Assembly (NCBI GenBank): GCA_023229645.1
Contig: JALNYU010000017.1
Span: forward strand, 13,659 to 77,658
Direction: 5' to 3'
Length of the DNA stretch: 64,000 nt
From: Nevskia sp.
GTDB taxonomy: Bacteria > Pseudomonadota > Gammaproteobacteria > Nevskiales > Nevskiaceae
The notes beneath the pieces were generated by a model that saw only the letters and a list, made by a program, of their open reading frames with translations, was not told where the DNA came from and made no database searches. Shown here piece after piece: positions 17,157-27,213 of this stretch. The translations under genes and the position numbers were made by a program. Each line of letters begins with the position of its first letter. Position 1 is the first letter of the stretch.

Positions 17157-18500
17157 TTGATAACAAAATTTAGGTACTACACCATCACCGAACCAAACCG
17201 TATCCCGCGCGAACAGCATCCGATTTCGCGCGCCAAAATTTCCCCTGGCGCCTTAAAGGTGCTTTACGCGCTGAAAGACGCCGGCTATGAGGCGTATATG
17301 GTCGGCGGTGGCGTCCGTGACCTACTCGCCGGCATCGAGCCCAAGGATTTCGATATCGCGACCAGCGCCCATCCGGATGAGATTAAGCGTCTGTTCCGCT
17401 CCTGCCGCTTAGTCGGCCGGCGGTTCATGATTGCGCACATCCGCTCCGGCGATGAAGTGCTGGAAGTCACGACGTTCCGCGGCGCGATCACCGACAACCA
17501 CGAGCGCGACGAAACCGGCCGCATTTTGTCTGACAACGTCTACGGCACGTTGGAGGAAGACGCGTTCCGGCGCGATTTCACGATCAACGCGCTGTATTAC
17601 GACATCCGTGATTTCTCGATTGTCGACTTCGCTGGCGGCATCGACGATCTCAACCGCAGTAGCCTGCGTTTGATCGGCGATCCGGAACTGCGTTACCGCG
17701 AAGATCCAGTGCGGATGCTGCGTGCAATCCGCATCGCCAATAAGCTCGGTTTCACGATTTCGCCGGAAACCGCCGAGCCGCTGCCGCGTTTAGCTGCCTT
17801 GCTGCGGGAAATTCCGCCGGCGCGGTTGTTCGACGAAATCCTGAAGCTGTTTTTGTCGCGCGACGCCGTTGCCAACTTCGACGGCCTGCGCGCCTACGGT
17901 TTGTTCGGCGAGTTATTCCCCGGCACCGAAGCGGCGGTCAGCGCCGCCAAGCGCGACTTGGAATTGGTGCGGATTGCACTGGCCAACACCGCTGCCCGCA
18001 TCGCCCGTGAAGCCACCGTAACGCCAGCGTTTCTCTATGGCGCGTTGTTGTGGCCGCCGTATGCCGACCGGGTTTACGAACTCGAAGTCGAACAAGGCCA
18101 TCCGGAAGCGGCGGCGCAGGTGCAGGCGGCCGAGGAAATCTTGGCGCAGCAGCAACGCCGCATCGCGATTCCGAAGCGCTTTTCGCTGCCGATGCGCGAA
18201 ATTTGGACGTTGCAGCCGCGCTTCGAAGATCGTCGCCCGGGCCGCGCCAAGCGCCTGCTAACGCACCCCCGTTTCCGCGCCGCCTACGATTTCCTGTTGT
18301 TGCGCGCCGAGGCGGGTGAGCCCGGCTGCGCCGAGCTGGCCGACTGGTGGACAAAAGCGCAGACCGGGGTGTTTGCGGCGCTGCCAGCAGGCGAAGCCGC
18401 GCCGGCACCGAAAGGCAACGAGGGCGGTGCGGCACCTAAGAAACGCCGCCGCCGCGGCGGGCGTAACCGGCGCAATGGCAGCGATGCCGCAGGCGCGTGA
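17157..18500 (+). CDS. pcnB: Poly(A) polymerase I (start uncertain)
   Basis: VGGGVRDLL, KDFDIAT, LVGRRF, RRDFTINAL, FREDP-like YREDPVRMLRA. Confidence 0.94.
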   Translation: MITKFRYYTITEPNRIPREQHPISRAKISPGALKVLYALKDAGYEAYMVGGGVRDLLAGIEPKDFDIATSAHPDEIKRLFRSCRLVGRRFMIAHIRSGDEVLEVTTFRGAITDNHERDETGRILSDNVYGTLEEDAFRRDFTINALYYDIRDFSIVDFAGGIDDLNRSSLRLIGDPELRYREDPVRMLRAIRIANKLGFTISPETAEPLPRLAALLREIPPARLFDEILKLFLSRDAVANFDGLRAYGLFGELFPGTEAAVSAAKRDLELVRIALANTAARIAREATVTPAFLYGALLWPPYADRVYELEVEQGHPEAAAQVQAAEEILAQQQRRIAIPKRFSLPMREIWTLQPRFEDRRPGRAKRLLTHPRFRAAYDFLLLRAEAGEPGCAELADWWTKAQTGVFAALPAGEAAPAPKGNEGGAAPKKRRRRGGRNRRNGSDAAGA

Positions 18501-18975
18501 AGCCTACATTGGTCTAGGGGCAAATCTCGGCGAGCCAGCGGCGCAAATCGAATATGCGCTGCAGCGCATCGCCGAGCTGCCGGGTGCGGCGCGGTTTAGG
18601 CGCTCCAGCTTGTATCGCAGTGATCCGGTAGGCCCGGGCGAGCAACCGGACTACTGCAACGCGGTTTGCAGCATCGAGACCCCAGTGGCGCCCGCAGCGT
18701 TGCTCGAAGCATTGCTGGCGATTGAGCGCGACGCTGGCCGCGTGCGTGATGGTGTGCGCTGGGGGCCGCGGCGGCTTGATCTTGATCTGCTGCACATCGT
18801 CGGCTTCGCCTCAGACCACGTCAGCCTGACGTTGCCGCATCCGCATCTGGCCGCGCGCAACTGGGTGCTCGTGCCGTTGACCGAGATTGCGCCGACGTTG
18901 GAAATCCCCGGCCTCGGCCCGGTTTCAGTGCTGGCAGAACGGCTTGGAAACGAGGGCCTGCGGCGCTGGTTTTAG
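18484..18975 (+). CDS. folK: 2-amino-4-hydroxy-6-hydroxymethyldihydropteridine diphosphokinase
   Basis: YIGLGANLG, WGPRRLDLDLL, LPHP. Confidence 0.94.
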   Translation: MPQAREAYIGLGANLGEPAAQIEYALQRIAELPGAARFRRSSLYRSDPVGPGEQPDYCNAVCSIETPVAPAALLEALLAIERDAGRVRDGVRWGPRRLDLDLLHIVGFASDHVSLTLPHPHLAARNWVLVPLTEIAPTLEIPGLGPVSVLAERLGNEGLRRWF

Positions 18976-19044
18976 CCGCGCAAAAGCCGGAAAACTGCGT
19001 GCTATATTCCGCAGCTTCGATCGCCACTGAGTCTCGCTCAGGTT

Positions 19045-19878
19045 ATGACTGCGCCTAATGCTGCCCCGAGTTCAACTGTTCATGTGTCCGAGCTGCGCCG
19101 CATGCGTGCCGCCGGCGAGAAAATCGCGTGTTTAACCTGTTACGACGCCAGTTTTGCGCTGATTGAAGATCGCGCCGGCGTTGATTTAGTGCTCGTCGGC
19201 GATTCGCTCGGCATGGTCATACACGGCGGTACGACAACAACCGCCGTCACCGTCGCCGACGTTGCCTATCACTCGCGCGCGGTAGCGCCGCATTTGAAGC
19301 GCGCGTTCTTGGTCGCCGACTTGCCATTCCTATCGTTCGCCACACGCGAGCGGGCGCTCGACGCCTCGCAGCGGTTGATGCAAGAGGGCGGCGCGAAGAT
19401 GGTGAAGCTCGAAGGCGGCCGCGAGCAGGCTGACATCGTCGAATATTTGTCGGTGCGTGGCGTGCCGGTTTGCGCCCACCTTGGCCTGCAGCCGCAGCTC
19501 ATCCACAAAATGGGCGCATTCAAAGTGCAGGGCCGCGATAGCGGCGCGGCTGAAGCCATGCTGCACGACGCGCGCGTGCTTGAAGATGCCGGCGCTGACT
19601 TGCTGCTCGTCGAATGCGTGCCTTCGGAACTCGGTAAGCGCATTACCGACGCTGCTAACGTGCCGGTGATCGGCATCGGCGCTGGGCCGGATGTCTCGGG
19701 CCAAATTCTGGTGCTGCAAGATATTTTGAATATCTCGCCGATGGTCACGATTGGCCGCAAACCGCGTTTCGTGCAGAACTTCATGGCCGGTGCGGCGGAT
19801 ATCGAATCGGCGGTTCGCGCTTACGTGCAAGCCGTTAAAAGTGGCGCGTATCCGGCGCCCGAGCATTGCTTTAGCTGA
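19045..19878 (+). CDS. panB: 3-methyl-2-oxobutanoate hydroxymethyltransferase
   Basis: LVGDSLGM, VKLEGG, IGIGAG. Confidence 0.96.
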   Translation: MTAPNAAPSSTVHVSELRRMRAAGEKIACLTCYDASFALIEDRAGVDLVLVGDSLGMVIHGGTTTTAVTVADVAYHSRAVAPHLKRAFLVADLPFLSFATRERALDASQRLMQEGGAKMVKLEGGREQADIVEYLSVRGVPVCAHLGLQPQLIHKMGAFKVQGRDSGAAEAMLHDARVLEDAGADLLLVECVPSELGKRITDAANVPVIGIGAGPDVSGQILVLQDILNISPMVTIGRKPRFVQNFMAGAADIESAVRAYVQAVKSGAYPAPEHCFS

Positions 19879-20729
19879 TGCGTACCGTTTCTACAGCAGA
19901 GGAGTTGCGCGGCCAAATTGCGGTCTGGCGCGCGGCGGGGCAGCGGATTGCGTTTGTGCCGACGATGGGCAATCTGCATCGCGCGCATTTAGCGTTGGTC
20001 GCGCGCGCGCGGCAGTTGGCGGATCGGGTGGTCGCCAGTGTGTTTGTGAATCCGCTGCAGTTTGGGCCGAACGAGGATTTTGGCCGTTATCCCCGCACGC
20101 TTGCCGCCGATACGGCGCAACTCGCCGCGATCGGTACCGATTTGTTGTTTACGCCGCCGGTTGAAGCGGTTTACGTCAACGGCTTCCCGCCGGCGACGAC
20201 GATCACCGTTTCACCGCTGTCCGCGCAACTGGAAGGCGAATTCCGGCCGGGCTTTTTTACCGGCGTTGCCACCGTCGTCGCGATTCTGTTTGATCTCGTG
20301 CAGCCGGATGTGGCTTTGTTCGGCGAGAAGGATTGGCAGCAACTGCAGATCATCCGGCGGATGGTGGCCGATTTGCGCATGCCGATCGAAATCATCGGTC
20401 ATCCGATTGAGCGTGATGTCGATGGCTTAGCGTTGTCATCTCGCAATCAGTATTTGGACGCGGACCAGCGGCAGTTGGCGCCGGCGATTTATCGCGCGTT
20501 AACTGCAGTCGCCGAGGGTCTGCGCGTTGGGCGGCGTGATTACGCCGCACTCTGCGCGACACAAGCTGAGACATTACGGGCGGCAAGTTTCCAGCCGCAA
20601 TATTTCGAAGTGCGGACGCCGGATTTGGCGCTGGCGCCTGCCGACGCTCGCGAATTCGTCGTTCTGGTCGCCGCCGTACTCGGCGGTACGCGGTTGATTG
20701 ATAATCTCTACCTGCGCGTCGATGCTTGA
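19878..20729 (+). CDS. panC: Pantoate-beta-alanine ligase
   Basis: FVPTMGNLH, FVNPLQF, FGEKD, GLALSSRN. Confidence 0.96.
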   Translation: MRTVSTAEELRGQIAVWRAAGQRIAFVPTMGNLHRAHLALVARARQLADRVVASVFVNPLQFGPNEDFGRYPRTLAADTAQLAAIGTDLLFTPPVEAVYVNGFPPATTITVSPLSAQLEGEFRPGFFTGVATVVAILFDLVQPDVALFGEKDWQQLQIIRRMVADLRMPIEIIGHPIERDVDGLALSSRNQYLDADQRQLAPAIYRALTAVAEGLRVGRRDYAALCATQAETLRAASFQPQYFEVRTPDLALAPADAREFVVLVAAVLGGTRLIDNLYLRVDA

Positions 20730-20868
20730 GTGCGCAGGCTTTTTTCGGTTCTGAGCGCGTTTAAATGGTTCTAAGCTTAGGCGCAGCTGTTGGCTTAGCC
20801 CGAATGGGTCGTTACACTTGTGTCACTTGTGTGATCGAAGATTTCTATGAATTTAGATCACGTCAACG

Positions 20869-20940
20869 GGCGCATGTCTTTGTGGGCCGCCCTCGGTTAT
20901 TGAACTTTTTGACTCCTGGCGCATGTCTTTTTGGGCCGCC
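20869..20940 (+). repeat. Tandem 23-bp direct repeat upstream of panD
   Basis: GGCGCATGTCTTT(G/T)TGGGCCGCC at 20869-20891 and 20918-20940. Confidence 0.85.
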
Positions 20941-20969
20941 TGGATCAACCAGCCAGCCAGGAATAAGCC

Positions 20970-21350
20970 ATGCAACTGACTATGCTTAAGTGCAAATTGC
21001 ACCGCGCTCGTGTTACGCACGCGGAGCTCGACTATGAAGGCTCTTGTGCCATTGATGGTCGTTTGTTGGATCTCGCCGGGATACACGAATACGAGCAGAT
21101 CCAGATTTATAACGTTGGAAATGGGGAGCGGTTCACGACGTACGCCATCCGGGCCGAAAACGGCAGTGGCGTGATCTCCGTGAACGGCGCAGCGGCACAT
21201 AAGGCGCGGGTTGGTGATCGCGTGATCATCTGCGCCTACGCGGCAGTCGAGGCGGCAACGGCGAAAATTCACAAGCCGAAGCTGGTGTATCTCGATGAAG
21301 GAAACCACGTCACACGGACGGCGAACACGATTCCGGTGCAGGCGGCCTGA
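20970..21350 (+). CDS. panD: Aspartate 1-decarboxylase
   Basis: [13 protein letters not shown] cleavage site, [13 protein letters not shown]. Confidence 0.96.
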   Translation: MQLTMLKCKLHRARVTHAELDYEGSCAIDGRLLDLAGIHEYEQIQIYNVGNGERFTTYAIRAENGSGVISVNGAAAHKARVGDRVIICAYAAVEAATAKIHKPKLVYLDEGNHVTRTANTIPVQAA

Positions 21351-21398
21351 GTCGGTACTGGGGCAAACCCTGGTAAAAGCGCATCTTTGTGGCATATC

Positions 21399-21430
21399 GA
21401 GGCCCAAGCTGAGTAAGCTTGGGCCTCTTT
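21399..21430 (+). terminator. Hairpin terminator after panD
   Basis: GAGGCCCAAGC/GCTTGGGCCTC followed by TTT. Confidence 0.65.
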
Positions 21431-21452
21431 CGTCGATAACCATCCTTGTCTG

Positions 21453-23093
21453 ATGTCCGCATTGACCGATAGTGGTGCATGGCGAGCCCTGCAGGAGCAG
21501 GCCCGGGCTGAGGCTGGACTCACACTGAACGAACGCTTTGCCGCTGACCCCGAGCGCGCGCAGCGGTTTTCGCTCGACGCCGTTGACCTGTTTCTCGACT
21601 ACTCCAAACAGCGTGTCGGCAGCCGTACGCTGGATCTGCTGTTTGCGCTGGCCGAGCAGCAAGACCTCGCCGGCTGGATTGGCCGGATGTTTTCCGGCGA
21701 GGCGATTAACCACACCGAACACCGGGCCGTCGGCCACGTTGCCTTGCGCGCGCCACGCGGCAGCGAAATCAAAATGGCCGGGGTTAACGTCGTGCCGGCC
21801 GTTTATGAGGTGCTGGACCGGATGACGGTCTTTGCCGATGCCGTGCGCGGCGGGACTTGGCGCGGTGCTACCGGCATGGCGATTACCGATATCGTCAATA
21901 TCGGCATTGGCGGTTCGGATTTTGGTCCGCGCATGGTTTGGGACGCGTTGTCGGATGCTTCGATTAAGCCGCGAGTGCATTTTGTTGCCAATGTCGACGG
22001 CGCTCAGCTCAGCACGGTGCTGTATCGGCTGAAACCTGAGCGGACGCTGTTCATCGTCACCTCGAAGACGTTCACCACGCAGGAAACGATGGCCAACGCC
22101 CGTTCCGCGCGTGACTGGCTAACGCAGACGCTGGGTGAAACGGCGGTCGATAAGCATTTCGTCGCGGTCTCGACCAACGGCGCCGAAGTCGCGAAATTCG
22201 GCATTTCACCGGACCACATGTTCGAGTTTTGGGATTGGGTCGGCGGCCGCTATTCGTTGTGGTCGTCGGTTGGCTTAGCCAATCTCGTCGCGCTTGGTCC
22301 GCAAACGTTTCGCGCCATGCTCGACGGCGCCCACGCGATGGACGAGCACTTTCGACGCGCGCCGCTGAAAGTGAACATGCCGGTGCTGCTGGGTTTGCTG
22401 GCGGTTTGGAACACGAACTTTCTCGGTGCAGCGAGCCAGGTTGTATCGCCGTACGCGCAGCGTCTGCGCCGCTTTGTCGGCTGGCTGCAACAGCTGGAAA
22501 TGGAGTCAAACGGCAAGGGCGTGGACCGCGAAGGCCGAACGCTCGACTACGCGACGACCCTGGTTTTGTGGGGCGATATCGGCACCAACTCGCAACACGC
22601 GTTTTTTCAAATGTTGCACCAGGGCGCGGCGCTGCATCCGGTTGACTTCATCTTGCCGGTGAAGCCCTTGCATTCGCTGCCGGAACAGCAACCGCTGTTG
22701 ATCGCAAATTGTTTGTCGCAAAGTGCGGCGCTGATGCGCGGCAAAACCGCGGCCCAAGTGCGCGCAGAGTTAATCGCCCGCGGCATGCCCGAAGGCGAAC
22801 TGGATGCCGCTGTGCCGCATCGCGTGTTCACCGGCGACCGGCCGAGCAGCACGATTTTGCTGCCACAGCTCGACGCTTGGCATCTCGGCGCGCTTTGCGC
22901 GTTGTATGAGCACCGCACGTTCGTCATGAGCGTGCTGTGGAATATCAATGCCTTCGATCAGTGGGGCGTCGAACTCGGCAAGCAGCTGGCGCAGCAAGTT
23001 TCGGCGGCGCAAGGGCCCGAACCTGACGCCAATGCAGTTGCTGCGCTGGATGCCTCGACGTTGCAACTATTGGAGCGTACGCGTGGCGTTTAG
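21453..23093 (+). CDS. pgi: Glucose-6-phosphate isomerase
   Basis: IGIGGSD, TSKTFTTQE, WVGGRYSLWS, FDQWGVELGK. Confidence 0.96.
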   Translation: MSALTDSGAWRALQEQARAEAGLTLNERFAADPERAQRFSLDAVDLFLDYSKQRVGSRTLDLLFALAEQQDLAGWIGRMFSGEAINHTEHRAVGHVALRAPRGSEIKMAGVNVVPAVYEVLDRMTVFADAVRGGTWRGATGMAITDIVNIGIGGSDFGPRMVWDALSDASIKPRVHFVANVDGAQLSTVLYRLKPERTLFIVTSKTFTTQETMANARSARDWLTQTLGETAVDKHFVAVSTNGAEVAKFGISPDHMFEFWDWVGGRYSLWSSVGLANLVALGPQTFRAMLDGAHAMDEHFRRAPLKVNMPVLLGLLAVWNTNFLGAASQVVSPYAQRLRRFVGWLQQLEMESNGKGVDREGRTLDYATTLVLWGDIGTNSQHAFFQMLHQGAALHPVDFILPVKPLHSLPEQQPLLIANCLSQSAALMRGKTAAQVRAELIARGMPEGELDAAVPHRVFTGDRPSSTILLPQLDAWHLGALCALYEHRTFVMSVLWNINAFDQWGVELGKQLAQQVSAAQGPEPDANAVAALDASTLQLLERTRGV

Positions 23094-24153
23094 CGTTAAG
23101 CGCAGCGCGCTGCTGGTCATTGTTTTAGTGCTGGCAGCCTGCGCCAGCCGCAAGGTAGTGCCGGAGTCCATCGTCCTCGCTGACTACGGCGTTGGCGTCG
23201 AGCGCCTTGAGTTAACACGCACGGCGTACTTTCCGCAGGCTGAGCATTTCAGCGCGGCGGAAGCCTTGGCGATGATTCTGTATACCGAAGCCGCGCCGGT
23301 GGTGCCGAGCGAAGTCGGGGCGTTAGATGCAAGCGTCGATGCGCCTGCTTTGAAACCGGCCTTGCTTGCAGCTGCGCTCAAGCGCGGGCAGGTGCCGTAT
23401 CCGCTCGCGCCGCGGTTGCAGGACATCGTCACCGAACTCAAAGCCGAGCATCCGGTGCTGGTATTGCTGAATCTCGGCAGCGCCGATCTGCCGGCTTGGC
23501 GTTACGCCGTAGTTATCGGCTTTGAGCCGGCGACGGAGTCGCTGTTGCTGCGCGCGGGTACTGAAGGCCGTGTGCGACTCACGCCAGGGGAGTTCCTGAA
23601 AGCCTGGCATGCCGGTGGTGACTGGGCGGTGGTGGCAACGCCGCCGAGCGTGTTCCCGGCGACGGCGACGATGGAGAAATGGATCGCGGCATCGGAAGGT
23701 TTTAGCGGCGTCGGCAAGCCGCAGCTCGCCGAAACTGCAGCGCAGGCGGCACAAACCCGTTGGTCCGATCAAGTATTGCCGTGGATGGCATTGGGCAACG
23801 CGCGCTACCACCAGCTGAATTTTGAAGGCGCGCAGACGGCCTACGTCACCGCGCTCGTGCTGCGCAACGAGAATCCAGTGGCGCATCACAATCTGGCGCA
23901 GGTTCTGCTCGAACGGCGCTGTATTGACTTAGCTCAGCGTGAAGTCCATTGGTCGATAGAACACGAAACGGACGCGAAACTACGGGCGGTTTACGTCGAA
24001 ACCGAAGCCAAGATCAAGCGTGCGTCGGGCTTGTCGATTTTCTGTCCGTCGCCGACTGCTGACGTGTCAGTGCCCATTGAATATGACGTCTTGCCATTGG
24101 ATCCGGACACTCGGCCCGCGCCAAAAGCGCGGAAATCGTCGCGTCGGAAGTAG
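23083..24153 (+). CDS. PA2778-like C39 peptidase/TPR lipoprotein
   Basis: Lipobox LAAC; HPVLVLLNLG..PAWRYAVVIG; C-terminal TPR-like repeats. Confidence 0.7.
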   Translation: MAFSVKRSALLVIVLVLAACASRKVVPESIVLADYGVGVERLELTRTAYFPQAEHFSAAEALAMILYTEAAPVVPSEVGALDASVDAPALKPALLAAALKRGQVPYPLAPRLQDIVTELKAEHPVLVLLNLGSADLPAWRYAVVIGFEPATESLLLRAGTEGRVRLTPGEFLKAWHAGGDWAVVATPPSVFPATATMEKWIAASEGFSGVGKPQLAETAAQAAQTRWSDQVLPWMALGNARYHQLNFEGAQTAYVTALVLRNENPVAHHNLAQVLLERRCIDLAQREVHWSIEHETDAKLRAVYVETEAKIKRASGLSIFCPSPTADVSVPIEYDVLPLDPDTRPAPKARKSSRRK

Positions 24154-25132
24154 GCGCGTTGCCCAGCGCCACCGCGAGGTTACGCAGCCAGCGCCAGTAG
24201 CCGGCTCGGCGCAGCGCCATGCCCTCGGTTTTGCGCAGCCATTCGTCTTCGCTCCAGGCAAATAGTTCGACGAGTTTGGCCGCATCGAGGCCGTGGCGCG
24301 GCGCAAAATCGGGTTCGGCGTCGAGCCGCGCGTAGCGGTTCCACGGGCAGACCAGCTGACAATCGTCGCAGCCGAAAATGCGGTTGCCGATCATCGGTCG
24401 CAAGTCTTCCGGGATGTCGCCGTGGTGTTCGATCGTCAGATAGGAAATACAGCGGCGGGCGTCGAGCTGGTACGGCGCGACAATCGCTTGTGTCGGGCAG
24501 ACGTCGATGCAGGCGCTGCAGCTGCCGCAAAGATTTGCCGGTTCGGCGCTGGCGGTCGGCGTCAGCGGCAAGTCGGTATAAATTTCGCCGAGAAAGAACC
24601 AGGAGCCGGCTTCGCGCGTCAGCAGCAAGGTATTTTTGCCGATCCAGCCCAGCCCAGCGTTGCGCGCCAGCGCTTTTTCCAAGGCCGGGGCGCTGTCGGC
24701 AAAGACGCGGTAGCCGTGTGGGCCGATTTCGGCGCTGATTTTTTCCGCGAGCTGCTGCAAGCGCCGCCGCATCAGCTTGTGATAGTCCCGGCCTAGCGCA
24801 TAGCGCGAAACGTAGCCGAGTTCGCTGTCGGCGAGCACCGCGTCGGCGTCTTCGGCGCTCGGTCGGTAATCCAGGCGAACGCTGATCACCGACAGCGTTC
24901 CAGGATGTAGCTCTGCAGGGTTGATGCGCAGCGCGTGATTGCGCGTCATCCAGTCCATTCCACCGTGGCGGTCGGCCGAGAGCCAGCGTTCAAGGTGGGC
25001 GATGTCATCGCGATGCGCGGGTGCGCTAACGCCGGCATCAGCAAAACCGAGCGCGCGCGCCCAAGTTTGCAACTGCTCGCGTATGTTGGCGGCTAATGCG
25101 TCGGTGGGCAGAGGATTATCGCGGTCGCGCAC
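24014..25132 (-). CDS. queG: Epoxyqueuosine reductase
   Basis: YALGRDYH, CGSCSACIDVCPT, GCDDCQLVCPWN. Confidence 0.96.
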   Translation of the reverse strand: MRDRDNPLPTDALAANIREQLQTWARALGFADAGVSAPAHRDDIAHLERWLSADRHGGMDWMTRNHALRINPAELHPGTLSVISVRLDYRPSAEDADAVLADSELGYVSRYALGRDYHKLMRRRLQQLAEKISAEIGPHGYRVFADSAPALEKALARNAGLGWIGKNTLLLTREAGSWFFLGEIYTDLPLTPTASAEPANLCGSCSACIDVCPTQAIVAPYQLDARRCISYLTIEHHGDIPEDLRPMIGNRIFGCDDCQLVCPWNRYARLDAEPDFAPRHGLDAAKLVELFAWSEDEWLRKTEGMALRRAGYWRWLRNLAVALGNAPTSDATISALLARAECPDPMARRHIQWALTRQQSATDRKSTSPTHA

Positions 25133-25145
25133 TTATACTGATGAA

Positions 25146-26624
25146 ATGGATATGAAAGCCTGGGAATTGTATTCCGCAGCGCAGGTGCGCGAATTTGAAC
25201 AGCAGGCGATTGCCTCGGGCATCGCCGGCCACGTGTTGATGCAACGTGCCGCCGCCGCGGTATTTGCTGAACTTGATCGGCGTTGGCCGCAGGCGCGGCG
25301 CTACGCAGTGATCTGCGGCGCTGGCAACAACGGTGGTGATGGCTACGAAGTTGCGCGCTTGTTGCTCGCAGCAGGGCGTAGCGTGGACGTTTGGCAAGTC
25401 GGGCCGCCAGCAGCGGACGGCGATGCCGAGCTGGCGCGCGCGGCGTGGATCGCTGACGGCGGTACGACGCGCGACTGGGCGATCGACGCACCTGCGTTTT
25501 CAGATCGTGTTACGGGTGCCGTGATCATTGACGCGCTGTTCGGCATCGGCTTATCGCGCGCCGTGCAGGAGCCGTATCGCGGCGCGATTCAGGCGATCAA
25601 CGCCGCGCATGCGCTCGGTAGTAAGGTACTTGCGGTCGACGTGCCTTCGGGTTTAGATGCGAACAGCGGCCGCGCGCTGGGTGTTGCTGTCCGGGCGGAC
25701 GTCACTGTCACTTTTATCGCGGTGAAATCCGGTCTCTACTTGGGCGACGCCGCAGAGTATTCGGGCGCCGTCGTCCTTGAAAATCTGCAGCTGCCCGGCC
25801 GACTGCCGGAAGGGATGATTCGCGTGCTGGCCGAGCACGATTTGCGGCGTTGGCTGCCGCCACGTAAGCGCAGCGCCCACAAGGGCGACAACGGCCACGT
25901 GTTGTTAATCGGCGGCGATCACGGCATGAGCGGCGCCATTTTGATCGCGGCCCGCGCTGCGTTACGAGCCGGCGCTGGTTTGGTCACGGTGGCCACGCGC
26001 GCCGCGCACGCGCCGCTACTAACGGCAGCGCAGCCGGAAGTCATGTTCCATGGCGTTGAAACCGATGCCGAATTGCGTGCATTGCTGGCGCGTGCCGATG
26101 TCGTCGCCGTCGGCCCTGGCCTCGGCCAAGGCCCTTGGGGTTGGATCGGCAGTGGTTTGGCGTGGACCGCGCAGGTGCCGGTGGTGGTCGACGCCGACGC
26201 ACTGAATCTACTGGTGAAAAGGCCACTGCGGCGCGACGACTGGGTGCTCACGCCGCATCCTGGTGAGGCGGCGCGGATGCTCGGCATCGAAACTTCCGCG
26301 GTGCAGGCGGATCGCGTTGCGGCGGTCAAGGCATTGCGCGCCCGCTATGGCGGCGTGGCGGTGTTGAAAGGCGCCGGCTCGTTGGTCTGCGGCGAGTTGC
26401 TTCAGCTCTGTCCATTCGGCAATCCGGGCATGGGCGTCGGCGGCATGGGCGATGCGCTGACCGGCATCATCGCTGCGTGTATCGCCCAAGGCTTAAAGCC
26501 GGAAGACGCTGCCGCAGCGGGCGTCACCGCGCACGCCCGTGCCGGAGATTACGCGGCGCAAGATGGCGAACGCGGCCTGCTGCCGTCCGACCTGATCGAT
26601 GCGCTGCGCGCGGTGCTGAATTGA
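25146..26624 (+). CDS. nnr: Bifunctional NAD(P)HX epimerase/dehydratase
   Basis: GAGNNGGDG, DALFGIG, VDVPSG, GPGLG, LTPHPGEAAR, GMGDALTG. Confidence 0.94.
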   Translation: MDMKAWELYSAAQVREFEQQAIASGIAGHVLMQRAAAAVFAELDRRWPQARRYAVICGAGNNGGDGYEVARLLLAAGRSVDVWQVGPPAADGDAELARAAWIADGGTTRDWAIDAPAFSDRVTGAVIIDALFGIGLSRAVQEPYRGAIQAINAAHALGSKVLAVDVPSGLDANSGRALGVAVRADVTVTFIAVKSGLYLGDAAEYSGAVVLENLQLPGRLPEGMIRVLAEHDLRRWLPPRKRSAHKGDNGHVLLIGGDHGMSGAILIAARAALRAGAGLVTVATRAAHAPLLTAAQPEVMFHGVETDAELRALLARADVVAVGPGLGQGPWGWIGSGLAWTAQVPVVVDADALNLLVKRPLRRDDWVLTPHPGEAARMLGIETSAVQADRVAAVKALRARYGGVAVLKGAGSLVCGELLQLCPFGNPGMGVGGMGDALTGIIAACIAQGLKPEDAAAAGVTAHARAGDYAAQDGERGLLPSDLIDALRAVLN

Positions 26625-27127
26625 GCACGGCACAGGTCATCGTCCTCGCTGACGCCGCGGCGACCGAGCGCATCGGCGCGGCGCTGGCGCAGGCGTTGAC
26701 GGCGCGTCCGGGCACCATCGTTTATTTGCGGGGTGATCTCGGCGCCGGCAAAACCACGCTGGCCCGCGGCTGGCTGCGGGCGCTCGGTGTCAGCGGTCCG
26801 ATACGCAGTCCAACCTACACGTTGATTGAGCCGTACCGCTGCAATGAGCGCGATGTGCTGCATATGGACCTCTATCGGCTGCAAGACCCGGACGAACTTG
26901 ACGCGCTAGGCCTCGATGACTATCCGCCGCGGCAAAGTGATTGGCTGGTCGAATGGCCGGAGCGTGGGGCCGGGCGGCTGCCAGCGGCGGACCTCGAACT
27001 GAACCTGCAAGTTTTTGAGCAGAAAAGAAAATTAGAAATCGTGACGTGCGCGGAAATCGCCGCATTGTTAGCGCCGGCCCTGTTGTCTTTTTTTGAAGAA
27101 ATGTCGGGGCTCGACATAAAACATTAA
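26621..27127 (+). CDS. tsaE: t6A biosynthesis ATPase
   Basis: GDLGAGKTT, SPTYTL, HMDLYRL, EWPE. Confidence 0.95.
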   Translation: MSTAQVIVLADAAATERIGAALAQALTARPGTIVYLRGDLGAGKTTLARGWLRALGVSGPIRSPTYTLIEPYRCNERDVLHMDLYRLQDPDELDALGLDDYPPRQSDWLVEWPERGAGRLPAADLELNLQVFEQKRKLEIVTCAEIAALLAPALLSFFEEMSGLDIKH

Positions 27128-27213
27128 GTAGTGCCCTGTAGTATTTGATTAAGAAAAGAAAACGATTGAAATATAACGACGCGGGCGGTATCGTCTCTGC
27201 AGTTATCGCCCAA

